Source: Eledone cirrhosa (Eukaryota). From it: 64,000 bases of DNA. How positions within the stretch are numbered: the stretch's first letter is position 1; every line of letters starts with the position of its first letter. This document shows, piece by piece, positions 11,991 to 22,687 of the stretch. Location of the stretch: positions 16,492,001-16,556,000 of the forward strand of contig OZ024763.1 in NCBI GenBank assembly GCA_964016885.1, written 5' to 3'. The notes under the pieces were generated by a model. It made no database searches, was not told the DNA's origin, and was given only the letters and a program-made list of their open reading frames with translations. The position numbers and the translations under genes are program-made.

Positions 11991-14228
11991 ACATTTACAG
12001 TGTGGACTGGGAGCCTTTTTACCGTGTTACCTACATGGCCACATTACAGTGTGGGCTGGGAGCCTTTTTACCGTGTTACCTACACGGCCACATTACAGTG
12101 TGGACTGGGAGCCTTTTTACCATGTTACCTACACGGCCACATTACAGTGTGGACTGGGAGCCTTTTTACCATGTTACCTACACGGCCACATTACAGTGTG
12201 GACTGGGAGCCTTTTTAATGTGTTACCTACATGATCACATTACAGTGTGGACTGGGAGCCTTTTTACCATGTTACCTACATGGCCACATTACAGCGTGGA
12301 CTGGGAGCCTTTTTACCGTGTTACCTACACGGCCACATTACAGTGTGGGCTGGGAGCCTTTTTACCGTGTTACCTACACGGCCACATTACAGTGTGGACT
12401 GGGAGCCTTTTTACCATGTTACCTACACGGTCACATTACAGTGTGGACTGGGAGCCTTTTTACCATGTTACCTACACGGCCACATTACAGTGTGGACTGG
12501 GAGCTTTTTAATGTGTTACCTACATGATGACATTACAGTGTGGACTGGGAGCCTTTTTACCGTGTTACCTACATGACTACTTTACAGTGTGGACTGGGAG
12601 CCTTTTTGCCGTGTTACCTTCATGACCACTTTACAGTGTGGGCTGGGAGCCTTTTTACCGTGTTACCTACACGGCCACATTACAGTGTGGACTAGGAGCC
12701 TTTTTACCGTGTTACCTACATGGCCACATTACAGTGTGGACTGGGAGCCTTTTTACCGTGTTACCTACACGGCCACATTACAGTGTGGACTGGGAGCCTT
12801 TTTACCGTGTTACCTACACGGCCACATTACAGTGTGGACTGGGAGCCTTTTTACCGTGTTACCTACACGGCCACATTACAGTGTGGACTGGGAGCCTTTT
12901 TACCGTGTTACCTACACGGCCACATTACAGTGTGGACTGGGAGCCTTTTTACCGTGTTACCTACACGGCCACATTACAGTGTGGACTGGGAGCCTTTTTA
13001 CCATGTTACCTACACGGCCACATTACAGTGTGGACTGGGAGCCTTTTTACCGTGTTACCTACATGGCCACATTACAGCGTGGACTGGGAGCCTTTTTACC
13101 GTGTTACCTACATGACTACTTTACAGTGTGGACTGGGAGCCTTTTTGCCGTGTTACCTTCATGACCACTTTACAGTGTGGACTGGGAGCCTTTTTACCGT
13201 GTTACCTACATGACCACATTACAGTGTGGACTGGGAGCCTTTTTACCGTGTCACCTACACGGCCACATTACAGTGTGGACTGGGAGCCTTTTTACCATGT
13301 TACCTACATGACCACTTTACAGTGTGGACTGGGAGCCTTTTTACCGTGTTACCTACACGGCCACATTACAGTGTGGACTGGGAGCCTTTTTACCATGTTA
13401 CCTACACGGCCACATTACAGCGTGGACTGGGAGCCTTTTTACCGTGTTACCTACACGGCCACATTACAGTGTGGACTGGGAGCCTTTTTAATGTGTTACC
13501 TACATGATCACATTACAGTGTGGACTGGGAGCCTTTTTACCGTGTTACCTACATGGCCACATTACAGTGTGGACTGGGAGCCTTTTTACCGTGTCACCTA
13601 CACGACCACTTTACAGTGTGGACTGGGAGCCTTTTTAATGTGTTACCTACACGGCCACATTACAGTGTGGACTGGGTGCCTTTTTACCGTGTTACCTACA
13701 TGGCCACATTACAGCGTGGACTGGGAGCCTTTTTACCGTGTTACCTACATGACTACTTTACAGTGTGGACTGGGAGCCTTTTTAATGTGTTCGCTACACG
13801 GCCATTTTACAATGTGGACTGGGAGCCTTTTTACCATGTTACCTACACGACCACTTTACAGTGTGGACTGGGAGCCTTTTTAATGAACTGGGAGCCTTTT
13901 TAATGTGTTACCTACACGGCCATTTTACAATGTGGACTGGGAGCCTTTTTACCATGTTACCTACATGACCACATTACAGTGTGGACTGGGAGCCTTTTTA
14001 ATATGTTCGCTACACGGCCATTTTACAATGTGGACTGGGAGCCTTTTTACCATGTTACCTACACGGCCACATTACAGTGTGGACTGGGAGCCTTTTTACC
14101 CTGTTACCTACACGGCCACATTACAGTGTGGACTGGGAGCCTTTTTACCGTGTTACCTACATGACCACATTACAGTGTGGACTGGGAGCCTTTTTACCGT
14201 GTTACCTACACTTTACAGTGTGGACTGT
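11989..14228. repeat. 49-bp minisatellite (~45 copies) expanded inside an RTE 3'UTR
   Basis: Unit ccacattacagtgtggactgggagcctttttaccgtgttacctacacgg. An unexpanded version is at ~18125-18200. Confidence 0.97.
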
Positions 14229-14259
14229 GTGTTTCTTCAATTATTATATTATTACTATC

Positions 14260-14790
14260 TCTCTCGTTTGGTACCTCATCTCAATGAAAGAATTGTTGGA
14301 GACCCAGGGTACACCATGGGTAATGAACTGGGTAATTGCTGGCCTTGTGCCTAATGTAGAAACAATTATGTATTAATCTCTTTTGTTCCTTGTCTTCATT
14401 TGGTTCCTCGTCTCAATGAAAGAATTGTTGGTGGCCCAGGGGTAGCCAGAGGTAGATTACAGGTTGACCATCAGTTGACTATCGGTCGATCATGGGTAAG
14501 ATGGCTGGATGAACCAATTCGTGTGTATTTAATCTTAGTATCTTTTGTTCCTTGTCTTCATTTGGTTCCTTGACTCAACAAAAGAATCGTTAGAGACCCA
14601 GGGTACACCATGGTAGACCACAGGTTGACGATGGGTTGACCATGGGTAAAATGGCTGGATGAACCAATTCCTTCCGATTCTCTTTCTTCTTTCTTTAATT
14701 ATTTATTATTAGTCTTTCATTTGGTTCCTCATCTCAACGAAAGAGTCGTTGGAGACCCATAGGAAGACCATAGGTTGACCATGGGTAAGA
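14260..14790. repeat. Degenerate ~130-160-bp tandem repeat (4 copies)
   Basis: 'tttggttcctc.tctcaa.gaaagaat.gttggagaccca' recurs near 14267, 14399, 14561 and 14720. 'caattccttccgattctcttt' at ~14666 also occurs at ~11798. Confidence 0.75.
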
Positions 14791-15142
14791 GGGCTTTCAG
14801 AGTACCAACACAAATTTCTAATTGTTGTTGGGCTGGCAACTGCTCTGAATGTTAATGAGTTTAAACAGCTCATAAACATAATTGGAATTCTATAAGAATC
14901 CAGCTTCTACAGCTCACTGCAAAAGCAAAGGGATATATAGCCTTGATAACCACTAAACAGCGAGAAACGATCGTTGATTATTTCCCTTTGCTTTTGTTGA
15001 AGCTAGGTATGTGAAGTTAGTCACTACCTTAAATTCATAGCGTAACCTAATATATCCCTTCCATATACTGTACTGATAGTGTTGTTATTTCTGTTTACCT
15101 TTTACATACATACATACACATATATATATATATATATATATA

Positions 15143-15563
15143 AATAAAAGGAATTCCAACTTTGTCTGATTTACTCGTTTTATTTACAATCCTTTAAAAT
15201 TTATAATGGTATTAGAATGAAATAGTATGGTAGAATATTAAATATTAAGTGTTAATTGAACAAGTACTTTCATGCTTTCGCAATCTTCAGGTTCATAATG
15301 AGTGGTGACAGTCAAGTTTACAATTTTCAATTTTCACAGTTGAAAATTGCAAACTTGACTGTCACCACACATTATGAACCTGAAGGTTGCGAAAGCATGA
15401 AAGTACTTGTTCAATTAACACTTAACATTTAATATTCTACCATACTATATCATTCTAATACCATTATAAATTTTAAAGGATTGTAAATAAAACGAGTAAA
15501 TCAGACAAAGTTGGAATTCCTTTTATTAATATAATCTTCTATACACAATCATACACACCCATG
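15143..15563 (+). mobile_element. Fold-back element (inverted Penelope-type pLTR remnant): 188-bp arms plus 3' tail
   Basis: Arms 15143-15330 and 15340-15527, 9-nt loop, few mismatches. Unpaired tail 15528-15563. Follows (TA)n. Atypical core CTGAAGA-TTGC-GAAA. Confidence 0.7.
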
Positions 15564-15564
15564 T

Positions 15565-15637
<73 letters not shown>

Positions 15638-15639
15638 CA

Positions 15640-15872
15640 TAGAAGTGGTTACACAACAGTTAGTTCACCATACTGAGAACAATTGTTTCACCTTAGCGGA
15701 TCCTCAGCTCGTAATGGACATGGTTATACGGAACCGTTACGAGCTGAGGTTCCGCTAAGGTGAAACAATTGTTCTCGGTATGGTGAACTAACTGTTGTGT
15801 TACCACTTCTACCTAACTCGTCCCATGGATTGAGTGCTCTACCACTACAGATATTACCTTCCAGTATTCTAC

Positions 15873-15875
<3 letters not shown>
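15640..15875 (+). mobile_element. Fold-back element (inverted pLTR remnant): 78-bp arms plus 3' tail
   Basis: Arms 15640-15717 and 15734-15811, tail 15812-15875, (TA)n on both sides. Confidence 0.8.
15675..15710 (-). ncRNA. Minimal type I hammerhead ribozyme
   Basis: Minus strand reads GAG|CUGAGGA-UCC GCUAA GGU-GAAA-CAAUUG-UU|CUC: complete core, stem I GAG/CUC, palindromic stem III. The mirror copy at 15740-15777 has a core substitution (CTGAGGT). Confidence 0.75.
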
Positions 15876-15938
<63 letters not shown>

Positions 15939-15940
<2 letters not shown>

Positions 15941-17775
15941 TCATCATCACCGTTTTACGTCCGTTCTTCCACGCTAGCATGGGTTAGACGGGTTGTCCTG
16001 TTGTGGGCAGTGTCTGGTCGGCTGACCATGCCTTGCTCATACAGGAACTGATCTGGCTTGATTTCTACAGCTGGATGCCCTTCCTAACACCAACCTCATT
16101 TACAGTGAGTGCTGGGTGCTTTTTCGTGGCGCCTACACGTCCACTTTACAGTGTGGGCTGGGTGCTTTTTTGCTGTGGCACCTCCACGACCACCTTGCGG
16201 TGGGGGGGGGGGGGGGGGGGGCATATTGTTTATATGCTTCAGCATGTACCCATGGGAGGTCGGGTACCCTGTATTACTGCGTGACGCCAGAAGTCACGGT
16301 CGTGTGTCATTGACTTTGAGAGGTGTAGTTGGGTAAGGTCGGCTTTTATCACCTCATCCCAAGTCATCTTGGGTCTCCCCACTCCGCGGTTTCCATCAAC
16401 TTCTAGTGCTCTGCACCTTTTTATGCAGCTGTCATCCTTCATACGCATCACATGTCCATACCAGCGTAACCGCCTCTCCTGCACGCAGCATTTGATTCCT
16501 CTTATGCTCAGTCTCTCTCTCAATTCATTTATGCTTTGTCGTTCACGTATATTACTGTTACACATCCATCGGAGCATGCAGGCTTCGTTTCTCTCTAATC
16601 TACGTAAGTCTTCCACCTTCAGCGCCCAGGTCTCACTACCATGCAACATCGCTGTTCGGATACACGCATCATACAGTCTGCCTTTCATTCTGAGGGAGAA
16701 GCCTTTTGCAGCTAGCAGTGGTAGTAGTTCCCTAAACTTCTTCCATCCCGTTCTTACCCTAGTTATTGTACTTTCTGAGCACCCACCTCCGTTGCTAATT
16801 CGGTCACCTAGGTAGCAGAAGCTGTCTACTGTTTCTACAGGGCCCTCCCAGAGATTGGTGGTACTTGTTTCCTGTGGCTGTTTGCTTGCTGTTTCAGCAC
16901 AGCTGCTGCATGTGAATCCTACATTCTTAATTAAGCTTCCTGAGATCCCGCTACATCTCTTGTGTACCCATTGTTTGCATTTGGGGCAAAGAATGGAGTT
17001 CCTACCTACACCTTTCCTACATACTGAGCAAGGCCATTTCCCTGAGGGGATCTGGGTTCTGTTTTCTCGTCTACTTATAAGGACCTTAGTCTTTGTCATG
17101 TTGACTTTGAGGCCCTTTCTCTCTAGTCCCTGCTTCCAGGTTTGGAATTTATTCTCTAGTTCTACCATAGATTCAGCTATGAGTGCGAGGTCATCAGCAT
17201 ACAGGAGTTCCCATGGGCAACCGGTCTTAAACTCCTCCGTTATTGCCTGCAGGACTATGATGAACAGGAGAGGGCTAAGAACAGAGCCCTGGTGGACCCC
17301 AACCTGTACGCTAAATTCCTCGCTATACTCATTGCCAATCCTAACTTTGCTGACTGCTCCCCTATACATGGCTTGTACCGCTTTCACAAGCCATTCATCT
17401 ACTCCTAGTTTTCTAAGAGCCCACCAGATTACTGCACGTGGAACTCTGTCAAAGGCTTTCTCAAGGTCGACAAATGCCAAGTAGAGTGGCTTACTTTTAG
17501 CTAGGTACTTTTCCTGTAATTGCCTCACAAGGAAGAGCGCATCAGTGGTGCCTTTCCCTGGTACAAACCCAAATTGCATCTCGTCTATATTCACCCGGTC
17601 CCTAATCAGCTGTGCTATAACTCTTTCTGTTACTTTCATGACCTGGTCCATCAACTTTATACCTCTATAGTTTCCTCTATCTAGTGCATCGCCTTTACCT
17701 TTGTAGCAGTTGACAATGATGCTACTGCACCAATCTTTTGGTATGGCCCCCTCTAGTATTACCTGGTTAACGATA
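15939..17775 (-). mobile_element. 5'-truncated RTE-clade LINE flanked by (TA)n
   Basis: RT motifs NYRGIKL, QFGF, FVDLEKAFD, GVHQGSVLSPLLF, LLYADD, FCYLG, plus RRLRWYGHV and GRPK.TW. 3'UTR ends in (GAT)n at ~15939. Confidence 0.95.
16239..17775 (-). CDS. RTE ORF, partial: reverse transcriptase with embedded PHD-type finger and C-terminal region
   Basis: Uninterrupted frame of ~510 codons; the endonuclease is lost by 5' truncation. The track's N-terminal residues come from flanking (TA)n. Confidence 0.85.
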
Positions 17776-17777
17776 CG

Positions 17778-17808
<31 letters not shown>

Positions 17809-17929
17809 AAAATTAAAGATGTCATGTCTGAGAATATCAGCAACATGCACTATACGACCTATAGAAGAAGCTCAAAGATTCTAAGGAATAAAACCAAGCA
17901 TTTATTAAAAATTAAATTAAAGGATGTTT

Positions 17930-17963
<34 letters not shown>

Positions 17964-17966
<3 letters not shown>

Positions 17967-18431
17967 TCATCATCATCATCTTTGTTTAACGTCCATTTTC
18001 CACGCTAGCATGGGTTAGACGGGAGTTGTCCCACTTGAGGCAAGGTTGGTTGGGTGACCGTGTCTCGCTCATGTAGGACTGTCTGGCGGGTTTTCTACGA
18101 CTGGATGCCCTTCCTAACACCAACCACATTTACAGTGTGGACTGGGAACTTTTTACCGTGTTACCTACATGGCCACATTACAGCGTGGACTGTGTGTTTT
18201 TTTGTCGTGACACCTACATGAACTTGATCTCATTTTCTCGTGCTGTTGGTGGGAGTGGGAGGATAGGGTAGGAGTAGTAGATTGGGGGGTGTATATTTGG
18301 TTAAGAGGTGCCTACTGACTGTAGGTTTCGCTTTGTACATAGGCAAGGCGGGTCTTCTGTATTACTGCGTAGCGCCAAAGATCTCGGTCCAGAGACATTG
18401 TCTTAGAGAGATGTAAGTGTGTGAGGTCGGA
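17964..18431 (-). mobile_element. RTE 3' fragment (ORF end, 3'UTR and GAT tail)
   Basis: Homologous to 15939-16345 and 22276-22613. (TA)n on both sides. Confidence 0.85.
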
Positions 18432-18459
<28 letters not shown>

Positions 18460-18463
<4 letters not shown>

Positions 18464-18747
18464 ATACTTGGGGAGGGTCATATTTGTGTAATAATATTGC
18501 CAGAATTAATAACAGAACACACTCACTGTTTGGTTGGTTTTCGCTTCTGTGACTTTTATATCGGTTAATTTAATTTATTCGGTCCTCAATGTTTACCATT
18601 GACTGACCAACGGTCAAAAATACAGATATAATATAGACACAAACACATATATATAGTCTAACAAAGTTCTTTCGTTGCACATCTGCAACATCGTCAGTGG
18701 TGCTATTATGTTTCCTCCTGTTGTATTGTATGCCTACGCCATCTTTC
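18460..18747 (-). mobile_element. pLTR-like fragment between (TA)n tracts, hammerhead core at 18664-18697
   Basis: Minus strand CUGACGA-U-GUUGCA GAUG UGCAAC-GAAA-GAAC-UU. 18486-18517 recurs inverted at ~62087-62115. Confidence 0.6.
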
Positions 18748-18829
18748 TATATATATATATATATAAAATACACTCTTTACAAATTATCCCCTCTCAATGT
18801 TTATATGTTTATTTCATATATATATATAT

Positions 18830-18955
18830 AGATAAAAAATAACAGGAGGCTGGACTGGTGTAATTCCTTAAAGGTTTATTATACTATGATCATTTCAGTG
18901 ACCGGGTTCCATATGAATCCGGTGACATCATCATACTGAACCCGGTCATTGAGGG
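18830..18955 (-). mobile_element. pLTR-like fragment with degenerate hammerhead (18885-18934) and short fold-back
   Basis: Minus strand AUGAUGA-U-GUCACCGG...CCGGUCAC-U-GAAA-UGAUCA-UA, with a palindromic stem III and C3 mutated. 18896-18909 is inverted at 18938-18951. Confidence 0.5.
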
Positions 18956-19697
18956 AGCTAAGTACAAACCATGATATTTGAAATTGGTTGAAAATATTTT
19001 TTGATTATTTTAAATTAAAACTGTAATGAGAAAAGAAATATAATTATTATTAATAAATGTGTTAATTTGCATTTAGTAATATGTTTTTTATGCAGAAGGC
19101 ACCCATGAGAAATCTCTGAAATTTATTATTTTAATTAACCTAATAATTAGATATCATGCATATTAAAATAATAATACTTTTATTTACTCTTTTAAACTAT
19201 CTGTGGATTATACTTTGCTGAAGAGGTCCAATGAGTTGAAAACATGTCCAGAGTTATCTTCGTCATGGTCTAGATTTCTCTTTGCTGCGAAGATTTAGGT
19301 CAGGTGTCTTGTTTAAGGATAATTTCCCATCCTTCTATCTACAAGACTCTAAGACCCATAGAAAATAATACCATGGGCACTGATCTTTCCTCTCATCCCA
19401 TCACACTCCCCCAACACTCCAGTAGGATCATAAGCTCAGTCCTTCCCTCTATAACCAAGCTGTAAAAAAAGAAAACAACAACAAAAATATATCTTCAGTG
19501 AAATTTTCGAGGGTTCTGTTTCCTCATTGGAGAACTAATTAAATACTAATTATGTTTTTTGTTTTTAATATTTTTTTCTCTCATTAGGGTTGTATTTAAA
19601 ATTAATTAATTAAGAATTATTTTCAACTCCTAAACTATGTTCCTTCACAGTCTATGTGGTTAACATGACCCCCCCCCCCCTCCCCTCCAAAAAAAAA

Positions 19698-19922
19698 ATA
19701 CACACAGACACACAGATACACATATGCACAAACATACACACACACACGCACTCAGACAGACACACACAAACACACAGACACAAACACACAGACACACACA
19801 CAGACACACACATACACCCCCCCCCACACACATGCACACAAACACACATGCACATACACACACACGCAAACACAGACACACACACAGACACACACACAGA
19901 CAGACACACACACACACACACA
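19698..19922. repeat. (CA)n microsatellite
   Basis: Read directly from sequence. Confidence 0.95.
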
Positions 19923-20309
19923 AATCCGAAGATGTAAAAATAGGATTTTAACCTAGAATGCTTTAGTCATAACTGGTTACACAGCACCTTAACTCTTTTG
20001 ATCCCAGCCCTGATTTCACAATACAGGACTTTATTTTAAAACTGTTTATATATATATTTCTTTAAAAACCTTCCATCATAATTTTTTCTAGGAACCTTTG
20101 TTAAGTTATGTTCCAAATTCCATAAATACAGAACCAGTTATAGACCTTTGTGGGGGTCTCCAGACCACCAATTCAAGTTTGGTTGGTGCCTCATATAACA
20201 ACACACACACACACACACACACATATAACCACATATACACTCACATAGATATATCATTATCATCATCATCATTTAACATCCATCCTTTAAACGATGATGA
20301 TGATGATGC

Positions 20310-20976
20310 TGATGGTAATTATAGCCACCGAGCTCAACAAGTTTGGAGCTGTTAAATACAAATAACGAATCAAAACATACCAAATATGTTTAGAATTTTG
20401 TGTTTCTCAATAAGCAAGCTCAATAAACATTATCTAGAGCTATAATAACCAAATAAAGAGATATATGTATATGTATATATAGAGAGAGAGGAAGAGCCAA
20501 ATATTGTACAAGAAACAAGATATATTGTATATATACCAAATACATATTCTATAGAAGAATATGTACACAGGTGGAATTGTAAGTGAAACCTTATAGCGCT
20601 ATTTCATACCTGGAGAGTGTAGCTCAAAATCAATCTATGTAATTGATCATCGAAAGGAAAAAAAAAAAATCAATCAATATATTCGACAAACTTTCGATTA
20701 TGATTAAACCACATGAGACTCAGGTACTCATCAGAGGTTTAGTCTCACCATTCTAAGGGAAATATAGAATGAAGATGGTAAATAAATCAATATACCTGGG
20801 AATATCCACAGCTAAGTCCAACTCATATGAATCATGGCTCTTTTTCTCTATCTCTATATATATACATATATCTCTTTATTTGGTTATTATAGCTCTAGAT
20901 AAAGTCTATTGAGCTTACTTATTGAGAAACACAAAATTCTAAACATATTTGATATGTTTTGATTCATTATTTGTAT
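20310..20976 (-). mobile_element. Inverted-repeat element: ~143-bp arms, ~335-bp spacer with two hammerhead-like cores, left-side tail
   Basis: Arms 20356-20499 and 20835-20976. Minus-strand CTGATGA...CGAAAG at 20683-20734 and TCGATGA...GAAA-TAGCGCTA-TA at 20592-20653. Confidence 0.65.
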
Positions 20977-20979
20977 ATA

Positions 20980-21374
20980 CGAGGGTAATCCCAAAAGTAA
21001 GGTCTCCAAAGCGATGGGGATGCAGAGGAACTGTTCGTATGGCTGTTGGCAACACTGTTGTGATTGGTGCTTCCTTCACTCCCAAACAAGCAAGCCCGTG
21101 CTTCACTGGGATGCTCAATCTTGGCTTGGCAGCCGTTGAGAATGGAGCTCCCGTTGAACTCTACCGCCAAGTGCGAATTTCGCGCAGTTATTATATTATG
21201 AGGGCAATCCCAAAAGTAAGGTCTCCTTCCGAGGAAAACATGCGTAAAGATCGGCAGATCACTGTGGATGCTCTCTGCATTTTGGTTCCTGAGGTTTCCC
21301 GAAGCACCATCCACAGGGTTTTAACGGAAAAGTTGCAATATCGGAAGGAGACCTTACTTTTGGGATTGCCCTCG
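20980..21374 (+). mobile_element. Internally deleted mariner transposon(s): two left TIRs, one right TIR
   Basis: TA+cgagggtaatcccaaaagtaaggtctcc at 20978, a second copy at 21197, inverted copy 21347-21374. Transposase remnants MELPLNSTAKCEFRAVI (ATG 21142) and DRQITVDAL...SRSTIHRVLTEKLQYRK (HTH). Confidence 0.85.
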
Positions 21375-21376
21375 TC

Positions 21377-21677
21377 ATTTATCATTTCATTTCATTTTAC
21401 ATCCGCTTTTTTCCTGCTTGCAAGGGTGGGACGGGAACTGATTCTGGCTTGATTTCTACAGCTGGATGCCCTTCCTAACACCAACCTCATTTACAGTGAG
21501 TGGTGGGTGCTTTTTTTTTTGCCGTGGGACCTCCACGACCACTTTGCAGTGGAATGATAGGGACCCCAGTCCCTATCATCTCATTTCTACAGCTGAGTAA
21601 ACTGGAGCAATGTGAAAAAAAGTGTCTTGCTCAAGGAATCAACACATCACCCGGTCTGAGAATTGAACTCACAACCT
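21377..21677 (-). mobile_element. tRNA-SINE with RTE-type tail, 5'-truncated (family of 37097)
   Basis: Reverse complement of ~37142-37440. Confidence 0.9.
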
Positions 21678-22275
21678 ATATATATATATAAAGAATTTGT
21701 ATATCTAGTAACATATATATACACAGATGCATACTTATGCTAGCAAATATATAGGTTTTGTCTTAGTAACTTTGTGGTTCAATGAATTTTCTTATTTTAC
21801 GTCTCTCATATATATATATATTTATATATATATATATAAACTCCCAAAATAGAATAAATTTTTAAAAAATTACTAAATAAATATGATTAGTTGAATAAAA
21901 TAAATTGATGGTAACATGTGTAAAGATTGCCAATTTGACAACTCTGCCATCAGCTAAATGGAGTTATAGAACTGATGGCTCTCTGTTCAAATTGGAGCTG
22001 AATTAATTATCGCTGAAGGCACAACATACCGATTTATATGTTTATATGTGTATGCGTGGGTGTTATATGTATGTATGTATATATATATATATGTATGTAT
22101 GAATGTGTGTGTGTATATATATATTTATGTGTGTGTGTGTGTGTGTGAGTGTGTATATATATATATCTATGTATGTGTGTGTGTGTGTATATATATATCT
22201 GTGTGTGTGTGTATATATACATATATATGTGTGTGTATATATATATATTATATATATATATATTTGTTTACTCGA

Positions 22276-22610
22276 GAGAAGACTACGTTGGTATGGTCAC
22301 GTGATGCGCATGAAAGACGACAGCTGTATAAAAAAGTGCAGGGCAATAAAAATAGACGGTAGCCACGGAGTAGGCAGACCCAGAAATACTTGGGATGACT
22401 TGATAAATTCCGACCTCACACACTTACACCTCTCCAAGATAATGTCACTGGACCGAGATCTTTGGCGCTACACAGTAATAGAGAAGACCCGCCTTACCTA
22501 AGTGCAAAGTGAAACCTACTACAGTCAGTAGGCACCTCTAACAAAATACACTGTCCAAACCCATGCAAGCATGGAATATGGACGTTAAACGATGATGATG
22601 ATGATGATGA

Positions 22611-22613
<3 letters not shown>
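22276..22613 (+). mobile_element. RTE 3' fragment with shortened 3'UTR and (GAT)n tail
   Basis: ERRLRWYGHVMRMKDDSCIKKC..GRPRNTW, followed by 'ggacgttaaac(gat)n'. Confidence 0.9.
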
Positions 22614-22654
<41 letters not shown>

Positions 22655-22687
22655 GATATTAACAAATGGAAACTATATTTATAAAAT

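Noticed and set aside
11989-14228. Regular 49-bp repeats resembling a CRISPR array
   Set aside because: No unique spacers and no cas genes; the unit derives from an RTE 3'UTR in eukaryotic DNA.
19372-19459. Possible minus-strand exon (acceptor-like ttttttacag at 19460)
   Set aside because: Stops in all three frames, a weak donor and no recognisable protein. A selenocysteine reading of the TGA has no support.
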